Of a stretch of 64,000 nucleotides of DNA, positions 55,559-64,000 are shown piece after piece. The DNA lies in NCBI GenBank assembly GCA_951406725.2, contig OX597836.1, forward strand, positions 40,176,001 through 40,240,000. The letters are read 5' to 3'. The notes below the pieces were generated by a model. The model saw nothing but the letters and a program-made list of their open reading frames with translations, was not told the origin of the DNA and did not search any database. Source of the DNA: Octopus vulgaris (lineage: Eukaryota). Position numbers and translations under genes: made by a program. Positions within the stretch are counted from its first letter, which is position 1, and each line of letters begins with the position of its first letter.

Positions 55559-55934
55559 CTAGCAGTATCGCCCGGCGTTGCTCAGGTTTATAAGGGAAAT
55601 AACTATAAAGCATTTTTAGAGAGTTATAGCCAAAAGATAGCAAAAAAATGGAAAAAAATGATGGTAAATTTTTTTTTAGTTAAAAAAGGTGGAGTTGCGT
55701 CCCCTAGACAGTTTGTGTTTCTCATTCTGGACCCCATGTCGAATTTATCGATTTTTTTCAGAACTGATGGGAACTTTTCAAAATTTTCGCTGCGTTAGTT
55801 TTGAATTATGACATTGGGCTATGTGTGTATCAAGTTTCATCAGAATCGGTTGAAAGCCGTGGTCAGGGTGAAGGTACAAGCAAACAGACACACAGAAACA
55901 CGCACAGACAAACTGCCGTTTATATAGAGAGAGA
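55559..55934 (-). mobile_element. Non-autonomous Helitron
   Basis: Minus strand begins TC (tctctctctatata), ends with hairpin cctgagcaacgccggg and CTAG; lies between A and T with no TSD. Confidence 0.8.
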
Positions 55935-56106
55935 TATAACCAAGTCAAACGCCACCAGGAAAAATTGCATTAAACGAAAAATATCAGTTAGCAAATTGAC
56001 ACAAATGAAAATATAAAAGAATATTAATGGCAAGACGAGCAGATAAATGAAAAATAATGAGAAAATAATGAAAACAGAACGAAATTTCAGGAAAAAAATG
56101 CAAGAT

Positions 56107-56263
56107 AGTGGCTGTGTGGTAAGTAGCTTGCTAACCAACCACATGGTTCTGGGTTCAGTCCCACTGCGTGGCATCTTGGGCAGGTGTCTTCTGCTATAGC
56201 CCCGGGCCGACCAATGCCTTGTGAGTGGATTTGGTAGACGGAAACTGTAAGAAGCCTGTCGTA

Positions 56264-56356
<93 letters not shown>

Positions 56357-56553
56357 TTGTGTGTCTGTGTTTGTCCCCCTAGCATTGCTTGACAACCGAT
56401 GCTGGTGTGTTTACGTCCCCGTCACTTAGCGGTTCGGCAAAAGAGACCGATAGAATAAGTACTGGGCTTACAAAGAATAAGTCCCGGGGTCGATTTGTTC
56501 GACTAAAGGCGGTGCTCCAGCATGGCCGCAGTCAAATGACTGAAACAAGTAAA
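56107..56553 (+). mobile_element. SINE family B flanked by a 59-bp direct repeat
   Basis: 56051-56109 vs 56551-56609, 3 mismatches. Confidence 0.9.
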
Positions 56554-56700
56554 ATAATGAGAAGATAATGAAAACAGAACGAAATTTCAGGGAAAAAATG
56601 CAAAATAGTAGACACCACGTTTTACAATAACAGCAACGAGAATAATTACAGAAACAGCAACGTTTTCTCTCTTTTTTTGTGTGTGTTAAAAATACTTAGA

Positions 56701-57083
56701 AGCACTCCGTCGATTACGACGATGAGGGTTCCGGTTGATCCGAATCAACGGAACAGCCTGCTCGTGAAATTAACGTGTAAGTGGCTGAGCACTCCACAGA
56801 CACGTATAATACCCTTAACGTAGTTCCCGGGGATATTCAGCGTGACACAGAGAGTGACAAGGCCGGCCCTTTGAAATACAGGTACAACAGAAACAGGATG
56901 TAAGAGTGAGAGAAAGTTGTGGTGAAAGAGTACAGCAGGGATCACCACCATCCCCTGCCGGAGCCTCGTGGAGCTTTAGGTGTTTTCGCTCAATAAACAC
57001 ACACAACGCCCGGTCTGGGAATCGAAACCGCGATCCTATGACCGCGAGTCCGCTGCCCTGACCACTGGGCCATTGCGCCTCCA
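56701..57083 (-). mobile_element. SINE family C, tail type A, with 11-bp TSD
   Basis: gttaaaaatac at 56685-56695 and 57085-57095. Confidence 0.92.
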
Positions 57084-57458
57084 CGTTAAAAATACAATAT
57101 ATTTAAGAACTAAACGAAATGGAATCAGCCCGGAAACAACTGCGCGGGAGACAGAAGCGCATTTCCCCGTCTTTGTAGCTTCTCAATACTACACACTCTG
57201 GTCACCTTCGACACGAAGTTTCCTCGACCAGTCTGATGTATATACAAACAATATATTAAACAATTCACTGGTCGAGTAAAGAATGGCCGCTAGGTTCTTC
57301 TATGGAATTCAGTTAATACAACAGAAACAGTTCTTAATTAAAATCTATTTATGACGTACTTAGAGCACATATACCGTTGAAAAGTCAGAGGCAGCGGGAG
57401 TTGTCTCCGAAAGATCCCTTATATAGAGGTTGTTTGGTAAGAACACTATATACTTGAG

Positions 57459-57957
<499 letters not shown>

Positions 57958-58328
57958 TTCACTGGTTTTGTAAAAAAGACTGCGGGGCGGAATAAAATTC
58001 AAATAATAAAATAGAAACAGCTCTCGATTAAAATCTTTATCTATGTGATATACTTAACGTATTTATATCGGTGAAAAGCCAAAGGCTGCAGTGTGCGTCA
58101 GCGAAAATGCTCTTTTATAAACCTGTGTTAAAACACGATGTGCTTCAGAGCTAGGCGAAACAAAATCATCCCGGAAGATATTGCGAGCCTGACAGATGCG
58201 CATTTCTCCGTTCTTGCAGTTTCTCAATGCCTCAAATTTAGGTCACTTCCGACACACAGTCAGCATGGTCAGAGCTATACACCTATACGTACTTGTGCAA
58301 ATGATAGCGTGGGGAGCACTAGCAAGTC

Positions 58329-58374
<46 letters not shown>

Positions 58375-58675
58375 CAGCAGCAGCAGCAGCAGTAGCCGTT
58401 CAAGAATTTTGACCTGGAGATCTCCATTTCCAGCGACTTCGAGGGCCACCTCCCAGTGGTGTCGGGCGGCAACGAAGAGCCCTCGACTACAAGACGACCA
58501 AACTTTTTTTTCCAAGGCCTGGGTCTCCCGCCCCTAAGCCCTAGACCATCACCTAATCACCCTTACCCGTCCTATTGCTTAACAACAACAACAAAAACAA
58601 GCAGCAGCAGAAAGTAAGGAAATTGTGTTGAAATAGTAGGATATTACAGTATTGACGAGGCAAGCTTTGCCTTTA

Positions 58676-58983
58676 GTGGGGGCACATGGCCTAGTGGTTA
58701 GAGCAGCGGACTCGCGGTCGAGGGATCGCGGGTTCGAATCTCAGACCGGACGATGTGTGTGTTTATGAGCGAAACACCTAAGCTCCACGCGGCTCCGGCA
58801 GAAGGTAATGGCAAACTTCTGCTGAATCTTTCGCCACAACTTTCTCTCACTCTTTCCTCCTGCATCTTGCAGCTCACCTGCGACGGACCGGCATCCCGTC
58901 CAGGTGGGGAACCTATACGCCAAGGAAACCGGGGAAACCCGCCCTTATGAGCCAGGCATGGCTCGAGAAGAAACAAACAAACA
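58676..58983 (+). mobile_element. SINE family C variant, tail type C with (AAAC)n end and 13-bp TSD
   Basis: TSD aagctttgccttt at 58662-58674 and 58984-58996; tail ctgcgacggaccggcatcccgtccagg...ggaaaccgggg. Confidence 0.88.
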
Positions 58984-59192
58984 AAGCTTTGCCTTTCATC
59001 CTTTCTGTCATCTATATGCGAGTGTGTATGAACGTGTGTGTGCGTATGTATTCTTACTTATACATACATATATCTATCTCTATATATAAATATATAAATG
59101 CATACATGCATATGCATATCTTTATATATATATACGTATACATACACACACACACACAGACACACACACATATATGTGTCCTATATACATAT

Positions 59193-59237
<45 letters not shown>

Positions 59238-59795
59238 CCCCACAACCACTTGACAAACGGTGTTGGTATGTTTTCGTTCCCATAACTTAGCAGTTCGGCA
59301 AAACAGACCAATAGAATAAGTACCAGGCTTTCATCCTTTCTGTCCAATAAAGGAAAGTACCGATCAAGCACTGAGATCTATTTAATCCACTAAGACTCCT
59401 ACCCCAAATTTCATGCCATGTGCCTATATTAGAAACCCATAAAAGACGATATACTGGCAGCATCGCCAGAATATGAGACATAATATCTTGGGAGTATTTC
59501 GCCTCTCTTTACATTCTCAGTTCAAACCTTGCAACGGACATTTTTTTTCGTTTTTTATCTGTTCTGCTATGAAAAATTAAAGTACAATCTATGTTCTAAT
59601 GTCTATAGTGTCGAGTAAACCTTCAAACATGGTGACCTTGTGCCTAAATCAAACCATAATTAGGATATTACAAAAAAAAAAAATCAGATACATATAATCG
59701 TATACAAACTTACATACATACATACATACATGCAGTCATTAACAGGCAGACATGCAAATATATACACATACAGGCATATGTATAGATATATTTAC

Positions 59796-59841
<46 letters not shown>

Positions 59842-60422
59842 GTGTGTAGATATATATATATACACACATACATATATATACATATATACATAGATACAGA
59901 CACACACACATATACGTATATGCACGTACATACAAATACACATATACACATGTATATATATATATATGTTTGTATGTGTGTGTGTGTAGTGCGTGTGTGT
60001 GTGTGTCTTGTGTGTGTGTGTGTGTGTTGTGTGTGAATATATAGATACATCCTCACATGCATACGTACATATTTAATGGTCAGTAAATGAGTATAATTAA
60101 AAATCAATTTGACCAATTTGCTAACGAGAACCGTTTGCTGCTGGCATCCATTTACGAAGAGAATTAGTCTTTAATTAGAGACAATTCTAAATAAATAGAG
60201 AATATTTCTGTGGAAACATGAACTGAAGAATTGCTATATGTGAAGTAGCAGAGATCGGTTAAATTTAATGACCGAAATTTATGCGAGTGTGTGTGAACGT
60301 GTGTGTGTGTGCGTATGTATTCTTACTTATACATGCATATATCTATCTCTATATATAAATATATATAAATGCATACATGCATATGCATATCTTTGTATAT
60401 ATACGTACACATACACACACAG

Positions 60423-60484
<62 letters not shown>

Positions 60485-60741
60485 GTATATATATGCATAT
60501 ATATATATATGCATACATATGCATGCATATATACACATGCATATATATGTGCATACATATATATACATATATATATGCATATATATGCATATATATGTAC
60601 ATATACACATATATGTATATGTGTATGTATATATATATGTGTATATGTATATATATACATACATATATGTATATAAATAGATATATATATATATATATAT
60701 ACATACATATATATATATATGTATATATATATATATGTATG

Positions 60742-60854
<113 letters not shown>

Positions 60855-61414
60855 ATACATATATTTACACATATATATATAACTCGGTTTCCGATCTCAG
60901 ATAATTGCACAAAAATGTTATAATAGAAAACTATATTTTTTTAATGAAAATATCGATTAAGGAATAGTTGTTCTTGTTGCAGTTGCCGATGCTGTTGTTG
61001 CTGTTGCTGTTGTTGTTGTTGTTGTTGCTGTTGTTGTTATTGTTGTTTTTTGTTGTTGTTGCTGTTTTTGTTGTTATTTTCATCCAGGTCAACCCCCAAC
61101 TCCAAATCACTCGTCGCGATTTTTGACGTTCCATTTCTAAGTATCGCTTTCCTCTTTTCTCTTCCTCCCCCTCTCACTAGGTATCTCCTCCCTATCTAAA
61201 ATCCCATCTACTCACTCTTTAACATTCCCAAACCATTTCTGTCAGATGTACTCTGAAAGTGATTTGGCTGCTATTTCTTGCAAATCTGCAGGATTACGTG
61301 GTGGTCCTTCGATTGCCCCGTATCGATCAAAAGGTTTACTTTTGTTGTGTATTGGAATTTCATCGATGCAAGAATAAAATAAAATAAAAAAAAACAAATG
61401 TTTGCCTACTTCTA

Positions 61415-61587
61415 GACACAGGTGTGGTTGTGGGGTGTAAAGTTTGATTTCCAACCACAAGGTTCCAGGTTCGGTCTCATTGCGTGTTACCTTGGGTAAG
61501 TGTCTTCTACTATAGCCTCGAGCCGAATAAATCCTGATGAGTGGATTTGGAAGGCGAAAACTGAAAGAAGCTCGTCCTATATACATA

Positions 61588-61666
<79 letters not shown>

Positions 61667-62315
61667 CTGTCTGTCTGTGTATGTGTGTGTGTGTTCCCCA
61701 CAACCACTTGACAAACGGTATTTTTTATGTTTTCGTTCCCATAACTTAGCAGTTCGGCAAAACAGTCCACTAGAATAAGTACCAGGCTTTACAGAAAAAA
61801 TATAAGGCGCAGGAGTGGCTGTGTGGTAAGTAGCTTGCTTACCTGCCACATGGCTCCGGGTTCAGTACCACTGCGTGGCACCTTGAGCAAGTGTCTTCTA
61901 CTATAGCCTCGGGCCGACCAAAGCCTTGTGAGTGGATTTGGTAGACGGAAACTGAAAGAAGCCCGTCGTATATATGTATATATATGTATATATATGTGGG
62001 TGTGTGTGTATGTTTGTGTGTCTATGTTTGTCCCTCTAGCATTGTTTGACAACTGATGCTGGTGTGTTTATGTCTCCGTCATTTAGCGGTTCGGCAAAAT
62101 AGACTGTTAGAATAAGTACTGGGCTTACAAAGAATAAGTCCCGGGGTCGAGTTGCTCGACTAAAGGTGGTGCTCCAGCATGGCCGCAGTCAACTGACTGA
62201 AACAAGTAAAAGAGTAAAGAGTATTGTGTCGATTCATTCGAGTAAAGAACTTTTTCAAGGCGGTGCCCCAGCATGGTCGCGGTCTGAAGACTGAAACAAG
62301 TAAAAGATAAAAGAT
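61415..62315 (+). mobile_element. Older family B SINE (61415-61790, tail resuming about 62225-62315) interrupted by a younger full-length copy (61806-62222)
   Basis: Two heads and two tails in nested order. Confidence 0.8.
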
Positions 62316-62499
62316 ACTAAAGAACCGAAAACCATATTCAACTACACATACTAATAATCAAGTTTACTATTAAGTCCACCTTACTAACAAAATTTAATTC
62401 TCATTATCCGGATATATAAATAATAAAAATTATAGTAGTCCATACTATTCTTGTTTTCGCCTAAAAGTCTTTGGTCCATCCACCCAAGGAAAACGATGT

Positions 62500-62908
62500 T
62501 TGCTCAGCGGGTGGGGTAGCACTATCTCATCCACGCACTTGATGTTGGCTTTCGTGTTGAGTCTGAAGCCGTATGGGAAGATAAATGGACGCATAACGTC
62601 ATCATCACTAGTGATCACTCCAAACACCATGATGTTGACTGGATGCTTAATTTTTATCACTCTCGGTACACGTCCTCAGATTGTATTGTCGTCAGATTGA
62701 CACCTAAACACTCTGAAATGTTCGTATTGAAGCTTCCGGTACGAATGCCAAGCGGTACAGCATGTCGTTTCCAAATTTCTGGCAGAGTGAATTGCGACAT
62801 GATACTGTTATTCTTCCAAACGGTGCCCAACCATATTGTGTAGTCGACAAACTCAAAAGCATAGAATGCACATGCGCGAAATTACGACACCTTACCCATC
62901 GCTCCATG

Positions 62909-62910
<2 letters not shown>
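62500..62910 (-). mobile_element. Internally deleted Tc1/mariner-superfamily (maT/DD37D-like) transposon
   Basis: Minus: TA-bounded end, MSQFTLPEIWKRHAV..GIRTG...ISECLGVNLTTIQ joined to IKIKHPVNIMVFGVITSDDDVMRPFIFPYGFRLN. Confidence 0.7.
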
Positions 62911-62974
<64 letters not shown>

Positions 62975-63051
62975 TTGAGTTGTGGGGTATCGCACGAGTG
63001 GGATTATATAAGAAAAAAGGTTTGAAAATGCAATTTAAACGATGTTTATTT

Positions 63052-63092
63052 ACTTAACCGGTTTCACTCTTTGGTAAAAGATTGTCAAAAGT
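63052..63092 (-). ncRNA. Minimal type-I hammerhead-like motif with U3-A8 in place of C3-G8
   Basis: Minus: ACUU-UUGACAA-U-CUUUU-ACCA-AAGAG-U-GAAA-CCGG-UU-AAGU. Confidence 0.55.
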
Positions 63093-63106
63093 TACATTTA
63101 AGGAAA

Positions 63107-63333
63107 CATTGAATAATATGGGTTCAAAAAAGTTTTTTACATAATTGTCACATTGAATATTATGCATTCAAAAAAGTTTTTTACATAATTGTCACATTGG
63201 ATATTATGGGTTCAAAAAAGTTTTTTACATAATTGTCACATTGAATATTATGCATTCAAAAAAGTTTTTTACATAATTGTCACATTGGATATTATGAATT
63301 CAAAAATGTTTTTTTATACATAATTGTCACATT
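63107..63333. repeat. 44-bp minisatellite, about 5 copies
   Basis: ttcaaaaa starts at 63123, 63167, 63211, 63255, 63299. Confidence 0.95.
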
Positions 63334-64000
63334 ATTTGGGAAAATTTGGCAGAAAAGGATAAAACAAATATATTATTGGGAATTGGTTGCGTTAATTATT
63401 GGTTGTCGCAAATTGTCACATTACATGTATATATATACAATCTTTGGTATATATATACAGCGTTTTGACAGCAAAAATTAAAATGGATTTTTTGTCCATC
63501 TCAGAATATTTTAAGTATGTTTTTACTGACCTGTTAGTATTAGCAGAAAGGCTGAACTGAGAGAACAGAAGTAGCCAATGTGGTGTATACTTCCCCTTTA
63601 TGCATGAATGATTTTGGGGTTATCAGGAGGTTAGTATGCGGGTGTGAATAGATGTGTCCGTGCCTGCTGGTCAGACAGCGTCTGTTTGTCACACACATAT
63701 ATATACACACAAACACACACACACACAACAACACACACACACACACACATAGTATACAAACACAAACCACATACAGACAACACACACACACACAGAACAC
63801 ACACACCCACACACAACGCACCCACATATATCACATATATACACAGCACACAAATATAACATGTATCTATATATAATATACACAGATATATAACACACAT
63901 ACACACACACACACACAACACACGCACACATACATACATAATATAAATATCACACAAATACACCTAGCATATATATATACACACATACAATACACACATA

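Noticed and set aside
58396-58617. GC-rich open frame PFKNFDLEISISSDFEGHLPVV...
   Set aside because: No recognisable domain or acceptor; ends in (CAA)n, more likely an unclassified retroelement 3' end
63107-63333. CRISPR-like array
   Set aside because: Contiguous tandem units with no unique spacers, no cas genes, eukaryotic context

Overview
This is eukaryotic, repeat-dense, apparently non-coding DNA (a large intron or intergenic region). The extreme density of (TA)n/(TG)n/(ATAC)n/(AAT)n/(CAT)n/(GGT)n microsatellites and the tRNA-derived SINE families most resemble an octopus (coleoid cephalopod) genome; that assignment is pattern recognition, not a search result. I can support no host protein-coding exon, and nearly all listed ORFs are microsatellite or SINE translation artefacts. 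Recognisable content is four tRNA-SINE head families, decayed LINE fragments (CR1, RTE, R4/Dong, L1/Tx1, RLE-type), mariner and Tc1/maT remnants, a non-autonomous Helitron, MITE/foldback elements and Penelope-like pieces. The most interesting signals are: (1) about ten type-I hammerhead-ribozyme motifs from several unrelated short elements sitting in (TA)n tracts, including one with a fully canonical core (18685-18770, minus), a family with a shared pyrimidine at core position 6, and a U3-A8 covariant; (2) a textbook recursive-splicing (ratchet-point) motif at 10276-10312; (3) SINE head/tail shuffling with tail-specific target sites; (4) several long inverted repeats that would be dsRNA/ADAR substrates; (5) a 59-bp target-site duplication and a locally templated insertion. 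Coordinates were read by eye; element ends are approximate unless a TSD is quoted.
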